NCBI GenBank assembly: GCA_965262715.1
Contig: OZ253553.1
Coordinates: 992,001 to 1,056,000, forward strand
Direction: 5' to 3'
DNA length: 64,000 nt
Source: Bdellovibrionales bacterium
GTDB lineage: Bacteria; Bdellovibrionota; Bdellovibrionia; Bdellovibrionales; JAUICD01
Shown here: positions 41,097 through 56,318 of the stretch, piece by piece
How positions within the stretch are numbered: the stretch's first letter is position 1
Layout of the letters: each line of letters begins with the position of its first letter
Position numbers and translations under genes: made by a program
Notes under the pieces: model-generated
The model's input: the letters and a program-made list of their open reading frames with translations, nothing else
What the model was told of the DNA's origin: nothing
Database searches by the model: none

Positions 41097-41939
41097 ATGA
41101 TAGATGTAGAAAATCAAAAAGCTGTCTTTTTAGGTTTAGTACAAGGAATCTCTGAATTTTTACCTATTTCCAGCTCAGGTCATTTGGTCTTATTCCAATC
41201 TATTCTTGGACATTTTAATGACCTGACATTTGAAATTTTTGTCCACCTAGCAACACTTCTTTCCATTTTTACAGTGATGCATAAAATCTTTCTCCAACTG
41301 CTCAAGTTAACTGCTCTAGATATCAAAAATAAAAGATATGGACCTGGAATAGATATCCTATTTAAAATGTTTTTAGGATCTCTACCTGCAGGATGTATTG
41401 GAATACTCTTTAAAGATATATTAATATCCCTTTTTACATCTTTAACAGTTGTATCTTATGGTTTTTTATTTACAGCATTTCTATTATTAGCAACTCATTT
41501 TTTTAAAAATTCAAAAGCAACTACCTCTTTTCAATGGAATAACCATGATGAAAAAAAAATAATTTCTACTTTTCATCAAATATCTTACCTACAAGCACTT
41601 ATTATTGGCTGTTTTCAAGCGTTAGCCATTATACCAGGTGTGAGCAGATCAGGATCGACAATTGCAGGAGGCATCTTTTTACGTCTTGATACAATGACAT
41701 CTGCTTATTTTAGCTTTTTATTAGCTGTCCCTGTGATTATAGGGGCTGTGATTCTGCAATTTTCAATAGAAACTTCAACGCTTAGTTATGTAACTTTATT
41801 TACAGGTTTCCTGTCTGCTTATATTGTAGGAGCCTTAAGTTTGTACCTACTTCTAAAAATTACATATAAGGGATACTTCGAATACTTCTCTATTTATTTA
41901 TTTTCTTTAGGCTTTCTGACTCTTCTGTTCTATTCATAA
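41097..41939 (+). CDS. uppP: Undecaprenyl-diphosphate phosphatase
   Basis: GLVQGISEFLPISSSGHL, PGVSRSGSTI. Confidence 0.95.
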   Translation: MIDVENQKAVFLGLVQGISEFLPISSSGHLVLFQSILGHFNDLTFEIFVHLATLLSIFTVMHKIFLQLLKLTALDIKNKRYGPGIDILFKMFLGSLPAGCIGILFKDILISLFTSLTVVSYGFLFTAFLLLATHFFKNSKATTSFQWNNHDEKKIISTFHQISYLQALIIGCFQALAIIPGVSRSGSTIAGGIFLRLDTMTSAYFSFLLAVPVIIGAVILQFSIETSTLSYVTLFTGFLSAYIVGALSLYLLLKITYKGYFEYFSIYLFSLGFLTLLFYS

Positions 41940-41966
41940 TTCTTTCGTAATAACTATCGGCCTTAC

Positions 41967-42297
41967 TAGAAGCGGTCTCAAAAATAAAAGTTTAATAAAT
42001 ATTGCCAGAAATTCATAACTTTATCTAACTGTAATATATCTCTGTGTTCACCTTCGTCTATAAACGTTTGTACCTATTACCTCTAATTTCTTATATAAAA
42101 GGGCTGTCTTCCTCAAAATGAATCACGCCGCTGGCATGCTTTCTGGTACTGATCCGATGGTGAAAAACCATCGGATCAGTACCTAGAAAGCCTATTCATT
42201 TTGAGTAGAAGCCATCTCATGGGCTGTTTTGTATAATGCAAAACTGGTATCTTTTTTAAAACTTTTCTCTCTAGGAGCATTTTTGAGATGGCTTCTA
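41967..42297. mobile_element. MITE-like element with structured palindromic core (~42105-42220)
   Basis: TAGAAGCGGTCTCAAAA ... TTTTGAGATGGCTTCTA; long internal hairpin GGTACTGATCCGATGGT-GAAAA-ACCATCGGATCAGTACC. Confidence 0.7.
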
Positions 42298-42432
42298 TAT
42301 AAATATCAGTTTCAATGATCAAAATGATGAGAATTCAGCCGCTCAGAAGACACTCTGCCTGCTAGTGGAAGCCCTGCCAAAAGACACTAGTAACACATTT
42401 AAACACTTTGCAACAAAACCATAATAGATTAT

Positions 42433-43359
42433 CTACTCAGACAAACCTAAGTTTTTTACCCAATTATTAAATTGGTTAATTGACCCAGGGACAATAACTT
42501 CAACAGTTCCATCAGCAAGGTGACTCATACCACCTAAATACTTTTCCTTAAGCTTCAAGTTAAAAGCTGCCTCTCCTCCTTGTGAAGATAGCACCTTACC
42601 AATCTTCTCAAGAGATTCAGCAGTAGCCTCCGCTATGGTTGTAATTTCTTTAGCTTTCCCTTGAGCTTCATTTATTCTTTTTTGCATTTGTCCTTCAGAA
42701 ATATTTATCATTTCTATTTTTTCACCTTCAGATCTATTGATCCGAGCTTGTTTATCCCCTTCACTTGTTGCTAGTATAGCTCTTTTCTCTCTTTCAGCAT
42801 TGACTTGTTTTTCCATTGAATCTTGAATTCTAGCTGGAGGAGTGATATTTTTTATTTCATATCTTAAAACTCTTATTCCCCATGTCTCTCCTGCATTATT
42901 TAAAACCTCTACAATTTTTGAACTGATGACATCCCTTTCTTCAAAGGTTTTATCTAAATCTAAAGTAGCAATAACTGAACGTGTAGTTGTTTGAGTTATT
43001 TCTACAGCAGCCATTGCATAATCTGTTACACCGTAGCTTGCTTTTATTGAGTCAATAACACAAATATAAATAACACCATCTACAATGACACTAACTTCAT
43101 CTTTTGTAAAACAATCTTGCGGTGGTACATCTATTGTTCTTTCTTTTAAATCTTGAATAAAAGTGACCTTATCTATAAAAGGAATCAAAGCATGGAAACC
43201 TGCTCCTAATGTTTTATGATAACGACCCAGCCTCTCTGTAATATAAGCTTTTTTATTAGGAATAATTTTTATTGATGCTATTAATTTATAAACTATTATA
43301 AGAAAAATCAGTCCCCAAAAAACTAAATTAAACACATCCCAAAAATTTAACTCATTCAT
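42433..43359 (-). CDS. SPFH/band-7 (slipin-like) membrane protein
   Basis: ERLGRY, TKD.V.V.VDG, WGIRVLRYEIKNI, AEREKRA. Confidence 0.92.
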   Translation of the reverse strand: MNELNFWDVFNLVFWGLIFLIIVYKLIASIKIIPNKKAYITERLGRYHKTLGAGFHALIPFIDKVTFIQDLKERTIDVPPQDCFTKDEVSVIVDGVIYICVIDSIKASYGVTDYAMAAVEITQTTTRSVIATLDLDKTFEERDVISSKIVEVLNNAGETWGIRVLRYEIKNITPPARIQDSMEKQVNAEREKRAILATSEGDKQARINRSEGEKIEMINISEGQMQKRINEAQGKAKEITTIAEATAESLEKIGKVLSSQGGEAAFNLKLKEKYLGGMSHLADGTVEVIVPGSINQFNNWVKNLGLSE

Positions 43360-43371
43360 AACTACTCTCCT

Positions 43372-44301
43372 TTAATTTCTTATTTTATCTGTAGCCTTCA
43401 AAGGATTTATTAATTTTTCTGCTCCCTCAAAGAAAGTCTTTACACTAGCTACTCTTTCGGGCAGAACTGTTATCTTCGACTTGGATAAGACTTTATTTAG
43501 TTCATTAATGTATTGTTCAACCAACTGCACCTTAACTGCCATATTACCACCTGGTTTATTAATAGCTCCTGCTACAAGTTGTGAACCTTCTGCTGTTGCC
43601 GTAGCTAAAAGTTGAATTTCTTGTGCTTTCCCTTTTGAATAATTTATCTTTTTTTGTTTTTCACCCTCTGAAACATTGATAGCTTCTTGCCTTTTGCCTT
43701 CAGAAAGTAAAATTTGGCTTTCTTTTTGCGCTGTAGCAAGTGTAATTTCTGCTCTTTTTTCTCTCTCTGCCACCATTTGTTTCTCAAGAGTGGCTAAAAC
43801 ATGTTGAGAAGGTGAAATATTTTTAACTTCGTACCTCAAAACTTTAACTCCCCAAGGGTCACTAGCAGAATCAACTTCCTTAACAATTTTATCATTTAAA
43901 GTATCTCTCTCGCTAAATACCCTATTCAAAGTTAATTTTCCTACTTCAGATCGCATTGTGGTTTGAGCTAAGTTGACTGAAGCATTGCTGTAATCTCCAA
44001 TGCCATAACTGGCTTTTTTAGGATCAATGATCTTGAGATAAACAAGTCCATCAATTTGAACCTGCATATTATCTTTTGTAATACAAGTCTGAGCAGGAAT
44101 ATCGAAGATTTGTTCCCTAATTTCATGCCTATACGCAATATTGTCAAAAAAAGGAATCAAAAAATGAAACCCTGGTTCTAATATTTTTCGAAATTTTCCA
44201 AGCCTTTCAATAACAAGGGTTTCTCTCATAGGAACAACAACCATTGTATGCCATAATATAAATAATATCCCTATACTTAAAAATGTGAAAAATGTTAACA
44301 T
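43372..44301 (-). CDS. SPFH/band-7 (slipin-like) membrane protein
   Basis: ERLGKF, ITKDN, LAQTTMRSEVG, WGVKVLRYE. Confidence 0.92.
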   Translation of the reverse strand: MLTFFTFLSIGILFILWHTMVVVPMRETLVIERLGKFRKILEPGFHFLIPFFDNIAYRHEIREQIFDIPAQTCITKDNMQVQIDGLVYLKIIDPKKASYGIGDYSNASVNLAQTTMRSEVGKLTLNRVFSERDTLNDKIVKEVDSASDPWGVKVLRYEVKNISPSQHVLATLEKQMVAEREKRAEITLATAQKESQILLSEGKRQEAINVSEGEKQKKINYSKGKAQEIQLLATATAEGSQLVAGAINKPGGNMAVKVQLVEQYINELNKVLSKSKITVLPERVASVKTFFEGAEKLINPLKATDKIRN

Positions 44302-44320
44302 TTGTTCTCCTTGTGTATTA

Positions 44321-44761
44321 TTAGTTGAAAAAGTTTTTAACTATTAACTCATTTCCATCTCTCTTAGAAACAAGCGCTTTTTCACCAGCTTTAATCCTCT
44401 CATTACTTCTGGCAACCCACGTTGTCTCTCTAAGTTTTACACGTCCTTTTTTGTATGGTTGAATATCTTCAACTACTTTTACTTGTGATCCAACTAAGTC
44501 TAAATCTTCATCAGTATTTTGTACTTTAAAACTCCCTCCAAAATATCGGGAAAGCCTTTCTCTTAAAAAAAGAAGTAGAGTGATAGAAATGATAAACCAC
44601 GATATAAATGATGTTGAGATAGATGTTATCCACTCAAGGTAAAGAAGACTTCCTACAGTAATAGCCGCTGCACCTAGGAAAATAATAACCCCGCCAGGTA
44701 AAATAAGTTCCAAAAGCATCATTATAACGCCACAGGTGACCCAAACTAACCAGGATGTCAT
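44321..44761 (-). CDS. NfeD-like protein
   Basis: TM N-terminus, GRVKLRETTWVARS OB-fold; upstream of SPFH genes. Confidence 0.88.
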   Translation of the reverse strand: MTSWLVWVTCGVIMMLLELILPGGVIIFLGAAAITVGSLLYLEWITSISTSFISWFIISITLLLFLRERLSRYFGGSFKVQNTDEDLDLVGSQVKVVEDIQPYKKGRVKLRETTWVARSNERIKAGEKALVSKRDGNELIVKNFFN

Positions 44762-44972
44762 TGATAAGCTCTCCTTTACATTTTTTCTCTTTACGTAGTT
44801 TTACAGTTTTATTTATTAAAAATATTTTCTCAATGCTATCTTAACACTCTCTCAAAAACAAGAGAAATCTTAATTCACTTAGAAGCTATCTCAAAATAAA
44901 GTTTTATAATACTTAAGATTATTGATTTACTCTTATTATAAATATTTGGTATAAAAATAAAAAAGGTATGAT

Positions 44973-45965
44973 ATGTCACAATCTATTTTAGAAGTTCATA
45001 ATTTGAGCATCTCTTTTCAATCAGAAGAGCATGGTACTCTTAACGCAGTCGATAATGTAAGCTTTTCTCTCAAGAAAGGAGAAACATTAGGCATCGTAGG
45101 TGAATCTGGCTGTGGTAAAACAATCACCGCTCTAGCTTTGATGAGATTACTTCCTCTACCTGCTAGCAGGATAGATACAGGTGAAGTCATATTTAATGGT
45201 AAAAACATTCTAAATTTACCTATAAAAGAGATGTTTCAGATTCGTGGTCGTAAAATTGCTATGATTTTTCAAGAACCTATGACAGCTCTAAATCCTGTAA
45301 AAACAATTGGAAAACAAATAGCTGAAGTTTATGAATTGCATTTTCCTGAAATGTCAAAATCAGAAATCACTCAATCAAGCGTAGAAATTCTTACTAGAGT
45401 AGGTATTCCTCTACCAGATTTACGCTTAAAAGAATATTCTTATCAACTTTCAGGAGGCATGAGACAAAGAGTGGTCATTGCTATGGCACTAGCAGGAAAA
45501 CCTGAAATACTCATTGCAGATGAACCTACAACAGCACTTGATGTCACAATTCAATCTCAAATTTTAGATCTAATAAAAGACCTACAAAAAGAAACTAACA
45601 TGAGTGTTATTCTCATCACACACAACTTAGGAATAGTAGCCCAAGTTTGTGATCGAGTTATGGTCATGTATGCCGGCCATATTGCTGAAAAAGCAAATGT
45701 GATTGATTTGTTTAAAAATCCAAGCCACCCTTATACAGTAGGGCTGCTCCACTCTATACCAAAATTAGATCACCCCAGCAAAGCACCGCTTAAAACTATT
45801 GAAGGAATGGTATCTAATTTAATGAATATGCCAAAAGGTTGTCGTTTTCAAAATAGATGTCCTTATGTTGAAAAAAAATGCTACCTAAAACCTCCTCCTC
45901 TAGAAACTTGTGCCACAAACCATAAAACAGCTTGTTATAATTGGAAGGAGATTCGCACTGAATAA
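44973..45965 (+). CDS. Oligopeptide/dipeptide ABC transporter ATP-binding subunit (OppD/DppD-like)
   Basis: GESGCGKT, LSGGMRQR, ADEPTTALD, HPYT, Cys tail. Confidence 0.93.
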   Translation: MSQSILEVHNLSISFQSEEHGTLNAVDNVSFSLKKGETLGIVGESGCGKTITALALMRLLPLPASRIDTGEVIFNGKNILNLPIKEMFQIRGRKIAMIFQEPMTALNPVKTIGKQIAEVYELHFPEMSKSEITQSSVEILTRVGIPLPDLRLKEYSYQLSGGMRQRVVIAMALAGKPEILIADEPTTALDVTIQSQILDLIKDLQKETNMSVILITHNLGIVAQVCDRVMVMYAGHIAEKANVIDLFKNPSHPYTVGLLHSIPKLDHPSKAPLKTIEGMVSNLMNMPKGCRFQNRCPYVEKKCYLKPPPLETCATNHKTACYNWKEIRTE

Positions 45966-46959
45966 ACCTCTTTTAGAAGTGAAAAACCTTTCTAAACATT
46001 ATCCTATTTATGGAGGACTTTTGATGCGGCAAGTAGCTACAGTGTTTGCCGTAACAGATATCTCATTTGTGATTCAAGCAGGAGAAACCTTAGGACTGGT
46101 TGGAGAATCTGGGTGTGGTAAGAGCACTTTAGGTCGGACTCTCCTGAAGCTTTATCCTGTTACAGATGGAAAAATTTTTTTTCGAGGTGAAGATATTACA
46201 AATTGGCCAGAAAAAAATCTACATCAAATTAGAAAAGAAATACAAATTATATTTCAAGATCCTTATGAATCTTTAAATAGCCGGCACACTGTAGGTTATA
46301 TTTTAGAAGAACCCTTCATTATTCATAACATAGGAACACCTCAACAAAGAAGTATATGGGTCAATGACCTACTTCAACGGATTGGCTTACCAGAAGGTAG
46401 TCAATCCAAATACCCTCATGAGTTTTCTGGAGGACAGAGACAAAGAATAGGCATTGCAAGAGCAATTGCCCTTAAACCTAGTCTTATCGTTTGCGATGAA
46501 CCTGTTTCTGCTTTAGATGTTTCTATGCAATCTCAAATTTTAAATTTACTTATGGATTTACAAAAAGAAATGCATTTAAGTTATATTTTTATTTCTCATG
46601 ATTTAGCTACTGTGAAACACATCTCAGATAGATTAGCTGTTATGTACTTAGGTGGTATTGTCGAGATAGCAAAATCAAATGAAATTTATGAAAAACCTCT
46701 ACACCCATACACTCAAAGCTTGTTATCTGCTATACCCATACCTGACCCTACAAAAAAGCTTCAGAGAAAACCCTTAAAAGGAGAAGTGCCATCTCCACGT
46801 AAACCCCCTTCTGGCTGCGCATTTCACACACGTTGCCCTTATGCCAAAGACATCTGTAAGAGTCAAAAACCTAAACTAGAACACCAAAATATAAATGGAG
46901 CAAATAAACTACATCTGACAGCATGTCATTTTCCTTCTCTAATTAAAGATAGAAAATAG
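45910..46959 (+). CDS. Oligopeptide/dipeptide ABC transporter ATP-binding subunit (OppF/DppF-like); true start probably near 45958
   Basis: GESGCGKST, FSGGQRQRI, CDEPVSALD. Confidence 0.93.
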   Translation: MPQTIKQLVIIGRRFALNKPLLEVKNLSKHYPIYGGLLMRQVATVFAVTDISFVIQAGETLGLVGESGCGKSTLGRTLLKLYPVTDGKIFFRGEDITNWPEKNLHQIRKEIQIIFQDPYESLNSRHTVGYILEEPFIIHNIGTPQQRSIWVNDLLQRIGLPEGSQSKYPHEFSGGQRQRIGIARAIALKPSLIVCDEPVSALDVSMQSQILNLLMDLQKEMHLSYIFISHDLATVKHISDRLAVMYLGGIVEIAKSNEIYEKPLHPYTQSLLSAIPIPDPTKKLQRKPLKGEVPSPRKPPSGCAFHTRCPYAKDICKSQKPKLEHQNINGANKLHLTACHFPSLIKDRK

Positions 46960-47069
46960 ATATTTCTCTTGATACAATATCTTAAACTTTGCTAACTATT
47001 TTGACTTATCTTTGAATAGCAAGTAAATATTGACTTTTCATCAGTTAAAAAGCACATATTTTATTTATT

Positions 47070-48275
47070 ATGCCTAAACCAACCTTAAATACCAACTGGA
47101 TTGACCCTAGAGCTCTAGATATTATAGAACGCCTCCAAAAAAAAGGTCATCCTACCTATTTGGTTGGAGGATGTGTAAGAGACCTTCTCTTAGGTATTCA
47201 TCCAAAAGACTTTGATGTTGTCACATCAGCCCATCCTAGGCAAATTCGAAGAATTATTTCTAATAGTTATGTGATTGGCAGGAGATTTTGTCTAGTATTG
47301 GTCAAAAGAGGAGAAGATCAGTTTGAAGTATCTACATTTCGTAATTCTAATGCATCTGAATATGATAGCAAGTCTTCTGAAAAACAAAAAAACGTCCTTA
47401 AAGACAATTTATTTGGGACGCCTATCGAAGATGCCCATCGTAGAGATTTTACCATCAATAGCCTTTTTTATGACCCTTTTCAAAAAAAGATAATCGATTA
47501 TTGCAATGGATTAAAAGACATTCAAGCAAGAGTCATACGTATGATTGGAGATCCTTATGTGAGAATCCCAGAGGATCCTATTCGTATCCTAAGATCACTC
47601 CGCCTAGCCCATAAATTGCAATTTTCTATACATCCACTTTTACGCCAAGCCATCTCTCATTTATCAGAAAGTATTTCCTCATCTGTCCTACCTAGAAAAC
47701 GTGAAGAGATGTTAAAAATTCTTAGGCTTCAAAACCCAATAACAACTTTACAAGAAATTTATGATTTAGAAGTTATGAAATATGCATGGCCTAGACTACA
47801 TAAAATTTTAGAAACAGATTCATCAAAACAAGTGTTTTGGGATTATTTTTCGTCTATCTCTGAAGTAAGAGAAAGCAACCAAAATAAAAATTTGACAGAC
47901 CTTAAATCAAACTCTGTAGATATGTTTTCTCTTTTAATACTCAGTTTATTAGTCGCACAAAATATGTATGATCCTCTAAAAGCTATGCCTTCAGGAACTT
48001 ACTCCGATAATCAAGAACTTAAGACTTTGATGAAAGAAGAACTTGGAATGTTTGGATGGGAAATTATTGAAGTTCTCAGAGGATTAGAGATTCTTCCCTC
48101 TCTTAAAGGGCATTATAATATTTTTAAAACATGGAATAACACAAGACAAAGAAGGTTTTTAAAACAAAAAGGATTTGTAACTGCCCTACATTTGGCCGCT
48201 ATAGAGCAAACACTTCCTTATTGGGATATTGTATCTTGGATTGAAGAATATCAAAAATTACCTTCATCAAAATAA
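47070..48275 (+). CDS. pcnB: Poly(A) polymerase I-like nucleotidyltransferase
   Basis: LVGGCVRDLLLG..PKDFD, VIGRRF.LVLV signature, RRDFTIN, EDPIRILR. Confidence 0.85.
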   Translation: MPKPTLNTNWIDPRALDIIERLQKKGHPTYLVGGCVRDLLLGIHPKDFDVVTSAHPRQIRRIISNSYVIGRRFCLVLVKRGEDQFEVSTFRNSNASEYDSKSSEKQKNVLKDNLFGTPIEDAHRRDFTINSLFYDPFQKKIIDYCNGLKDIQARVIRMIGDPYVRIPEDPIRILRSLRLAHKLQFSIHPLLRQAISHLSESISSSVLPRKREEMLKILRLQNPITTLQEIYDLEVMKYAWPRLHKILETDSSKQVFWDYFSSISEVRESNQNKNLTDLKSNSVDMFSLLILSLLVAQNMYDPLKAMPSGTYSDNQELKTLMKEELGMFGWEIIEVLRGLEILPSLKGHYNIFKTWNNTRQRRFLKQKGFVTALHLAAIEQTLPYWDIVSWIEEYQKLPSSK

Positions 48276-48549
48276 TCTTTTTTAATTTGATTGAAATACT
48301 ACATTTGCTTAAAAAATGCTTCTTATTTGAGTTTATATTTGGTGAATTTCAAACATGGTCAATCGTGTCATCTTTTTTATTTTTATTTACATAATGGGTT
48401 TGACTTTTGACTTTACTCTACTTTAAGGTAGAAGGTACTGTAAAATATTCGTTCTTTGAAATCTAAATAGCTAGTTTGTAGAGAGCTTATGCAATTTATA
48501 TTTTTTTTTAAAAACTTTAGCTTCTCTTAATTGAGGAGTTTTTGTTTTC

Positions 48550-50076
<1,527 letters not shown>

Positions 50077-50292
50077 CTAAGGAGTTATTAAAAAAGTCTT
50101 TGTTTTTTGATGTTGGTAGAGTTTAAGTGAGAACTTTTTGGATTTCCTTAAATTTCAAACGAGAACACAACTCAATATCTTCAAACTAAGAACTTTGTGG
50201 TCAATACACCTTAATTTTAATTTATAGGGTGTTTTTGCAAAACTCATCTTATTCTAGCTATTTAGTTTTGAAAGAGCGAATGTGCTTAAATT

Positions 50293-50369
<77 letters not shown>

Positions 50370-50568
50370 TAGTTCTTTGAAAATTGAAGAGTTTAAAAGT
50401 AAATAAAATCAAGCTTTTAGCTTATTTATTTTAACAAATACTTAAAGCTAAAAACTAAGGTTTGATTTTATGAAAATATTTTTATACCAATACGAGCAAT
50501 GTGGTTTAATGTATTATTTTAGGTATTTGTTTTTTATACTTAATTGCTACATTATACTCAGAAAGAAT

Positions 50569-50708
50569 GATTCTCTTAACGTTGTCTTAAGAGATGAACA
50601 GATTCTTTCTACTTAAAATAAGCTTTATTTTCTAGATTGCCAGCATCTGCTGACAACCAGAAAACAGCCAGAGGCTTGCCTCGAAGGGCTGGTTTATTTT
50701 CAGCAAAA
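50569..50708 (-). repeat. Structured palindromic element in the 16S-23S spacer
   Basis: Reverse complement AAAATAAACCAGCC..GAGGCAAGCCTCTGGCTGTTTTCTGG.. aligns with 20675-20835. Confidence 0.75.
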
Positions 50709-50805
50709 TAAGTTCAAATTGGTAGTTTCTAGCTGAGGAAAAATAACAATTAACAATTGTTATTTCATATCTTAAGTGATTATTTATTTTAGGTTATATT
50801 ATTTA

Positions 50806-53839
<3,034 letters not shown>

Positions 53840-53924
53840 TTATTTTTTATAACAATTATTAAAATAAATAAGGTACGTAAGATATAGAATTTGCTAGAAA
53901 CTACCAATTTGAATTTGTAAGTAT

Positions 53925-54022
53925 GTTTACTCAAAATAATAGGTAGCCAACCTTTTAAGACAGCTTGCTGTCGGTTGACTACCAGAAAACACGCCAAAGG
54001 CGTGTTTTCTAATGTATTTAGT
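53925..54022 (-). repeat. Degenerate structured palindromic element downstream of 23S
   Basis: Minus strand CACGCC-TTT-GGCGTG TTTTCTGGTAGTCAACC...GGTTGGCTACC..ATTTTGAGTA. Confidence 0.6.
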
Positions 54023-54034
54023 CGTGAGGCAAAG

Positions 54035-54436
54035 ATGATAAGGCTTTTAATCTCTATAATTTTATTAACTTTTTTTGTTGGATGTGTAGTTGGACCTATT
54101 CCCTCATCAGAATTATTAGAGCCAATTAAAAAACAACATTCGGGAAATATTTCTGAAACAATTTCTAAATATAGATCACTCATTATTAATGACGGTTGGG
54201 AAATAGTGGCATATAATGTTTCTACTTCTGATGGATTCTTAAAGGCAACCCAACTGTATAATCGCACTTTTTTAGTTGCATATTCATTAACTGTGTCATG
54301 CAATCAAAGTTCTAGCGAAATAAATTGTGATATTACTGTAGGGACCACAGAATATGGGCATACTTCACGTGTAACTAAAAAAGCTTTGAATATTAAGGAG
54401 TTAAAGCAAATTCTTGACAAAATAAAAGCACTTTGA
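54035..54436 (+). CDS. Hypothetical lipoprotein
   Basis: MIRLLISIILLTFFVGC lipobox-like; GAGG RBS (ORF track starts 53975). Confidence 0.6.
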   Translation: MIRLLISIILLTFFVGCVVGPIPSSELLEPIKKQHSGNISETISKYRSLIINDGWEIVAYNVSTSDGFLKATQLYNRTFLVAYSLTVSCNQSSSEINCDITVGTTEYGHTSRVTKKALNIKELKQILDKIKAL

Positions 54437-54725
54437 GGCAAATCGCTACTGTTTTCTTTTTGAAAACCGTCTTTTCAAGTTTTTTAACCCTCATCTCAAG
54501 GCTTTTTTCAGACAGAATAACTTCTCGTAATTTCTTATTCAACCAAGTTAAATATCCAGAATTTTCTTTAGCAGCAAGCTTTTTTGCTGCCTCCACAATA
54601 TCTTTATCAAAGCGTATAGAAGTTAAGACCTTTTGTTGATCCTTAAAAGCCTTATCTACTTGAGACTTGGATTTGATCTTATCTCTGATAATAGCTCCTT
54701 TTGAAAAATCATAATTTCGTTTCAT
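54393..54725 (-). CDS. BrnA/CopG-like antitoxin
   Basis: MKRNYDFSKG, TSIRFD, GYLTWLN; preceded by a BrnT-like C-terminal remnant IKIISVQKAIRKERLFYE. Confidence 0.75.
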   Translation of the reverse strand: MKRNYDFSKGAIIRDKIKSKSQVDKAFKDQQKVLTSIRFDKDIVEAAKKLAAKENSGYLTWLNKKLREVILSEKSLEMRVKKLEKTVFKKKTVAICLKVLLFCQEFALTP

Positions 54726-54791
54726 AAAACAACCTTTCTTTTCTTATCGCCTTTTGAACTGAAATAATTTTTATAATATGAGGTGTACCCT

Positions 54792-55574
54792 TTATTTGGA
54801 GGATCCGTTCCATATTTTACTCACTTCTGAGATTCCCATTGTTGTTAATTCTCCTGTTTTCCATTTAGCTTCAAACTCATTAGGTGATAAGTAACCTAAT
54901 GAAGAATGTCGCCTTTTTTTATTATACATACCTTCGATAAACTTTGGAATACTTCTTAACACATCTTTAAAAGTTTTATATTCACACAGATGAACTTCTT
55001 CTCGTTTTAAAGAGCTAAAGAAAGATTCAACAAATGCATTATCCCAACAATTAGCTTTTCTCGACATGCTGATCTTAAAGCCTTTTTTTTTAAGCTTGTG
55101 GATATAATCTTTACTGGTGTATTGAACACCTTGATCACTATGATGAATACATCCTTTAGTATCTGATCTCTGCTCTAAACTCATCTCTAAAGCTCCTAAA
55201 CAAAGCTCTGTGTTGATCTCTCTAGAAATAGCCCACCCTACAATCTTCCTTGAAAAAATATCTAAAATCACTGCTAAAAAAACAAAACCATCTTGAATCC
55301 TAATGTATGTGATATCTGTTACCCAAAGCTGGTTGGGTCTATTCACTTCAATGCCAAAAGTTAAATTCGGATAAACTCGATTTGAATGTTTAGAATCCGT
55401 GGTTGAAACTCTAAAACCCTTGTAAATCAAGGCCTTTAAACCGTATTTCCGCATAATGCGAGCAATCCTCTTGCGGTTGGCTTTAATACTCTTCTCTTGC
55501 TCAAGTTCCAATTGAATACGACGTATTCCATACATCGGGTATTTACACTGTATCCTCTCAATCTGCTCTTTCAA
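54792..55574 (-). CDS. IS3 OrfB transposase
   Basis: Near-identical to 28576-29358. Confidence 0.92.
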   Translation of the reverse strand: MKEQIERIQCKYPMYGIRRIQLELEQEKSIKANRKRIARIMRKYGLKALIYKGFRVSTTDSKHSNRVYPNLTFGIEVNRPNQLWVTDITYIRIQDGFVFLAVILDIFSRKIVGWAISREINTELCLGALEMSLEQRSDTKGCIHHSDQGVQYTSKDYIHKLKKKGFKISMSRKANCWDNAFVESFFSSLKREEVHLCEYKTFKDVLRSIPKFIEGMYNKKRRHSSLGYLSPNEFEAKWKTGELTTMGISEVSKIWNGSSK

Positions 55575-55645
55575 ATCAAAATCCCTTTGCTCTCGCTCTT
55601 GCTGTGAAATCTTTCTCTTGTAATAGTAGCTACTTAAAGGTAACC

Positions 55646-55996
55646 CTAACGCTTTACACGTTTTTGAAATTGATCCAAATTCTTTCCAGTGATTACCGAT
55701 GATCTCACGCTTCTCCTCTGCTGAAGCTCCTTTTTGGCCTTTTTTAAAAACTCGTTCTCTAGGCTCAGCTGTCCTACCTTTGCCTGAAGTGCATATATTT
55801 GTCTCTCTAGAGATCTCTCCCTTGATGAAGGGTTTCCCAAAGGTGTCCCTTGTTGATACTTCTTAAACCACTCTAAGACTGTTTGGCGATGAAGTTGATG
55901 CTCCTGGCAAATCTCTAACAGAGATTTGCCTTCATTGATCGACTCACATATAGCTTCCTTGAATTGAACATTAAATCGTCTTCTTACTTTGCCCAT
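55646..55996 (-). CDS. IS3 OrfA
   Basis: Near-identical to 29430-29780. Confidence 0.9.
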   Translation of the reverse strand: MGKVRRRFNVQFKEAICESINEGKSLLEICQEHQLHRQTVLEWFKKYQQGTPLGNPSSRERSLERQIYALQAKVGQLSLENEFLKKAKKELQQRRSVRSSVITGKNLDQFQKRVKR

Positions 55997-56318
55997 GATC
56001 TTCCTCCTGCTCTTATAGCTTTTTATAGCTAAAATTCAGGAATCTCAAGTGAGTTATTTTAGCACTTAACTCTCCAGTTTATGGGGTACAGACCAATATC
56101 AACTTTAGAATAAGTTTTATGCTATTGAATCAAAATAAAATTTAATATCTAAGACTTTTGATAATTTCTTTAAAGTAGAGAGTAAAGGATTTGTTTTTGA
56201 AGGAATTTCTAATTTAGCATAAGCTTGTTGAGTTATATTAAGTTTTTTTGCTATTTGAGCTTGAGATAATTTTTTTGCTTTTCTTACCTTTCTTAATACA
56301 ATTGCTAAAGCTAATTGA

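Larger units (their letters stand above)
54779..56095 (-). mobile_element. IS3-family element (copy 2)
   Basis: Same ends and length as copy 1; 3-bp TSD ATA. Confidence 0.93.
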
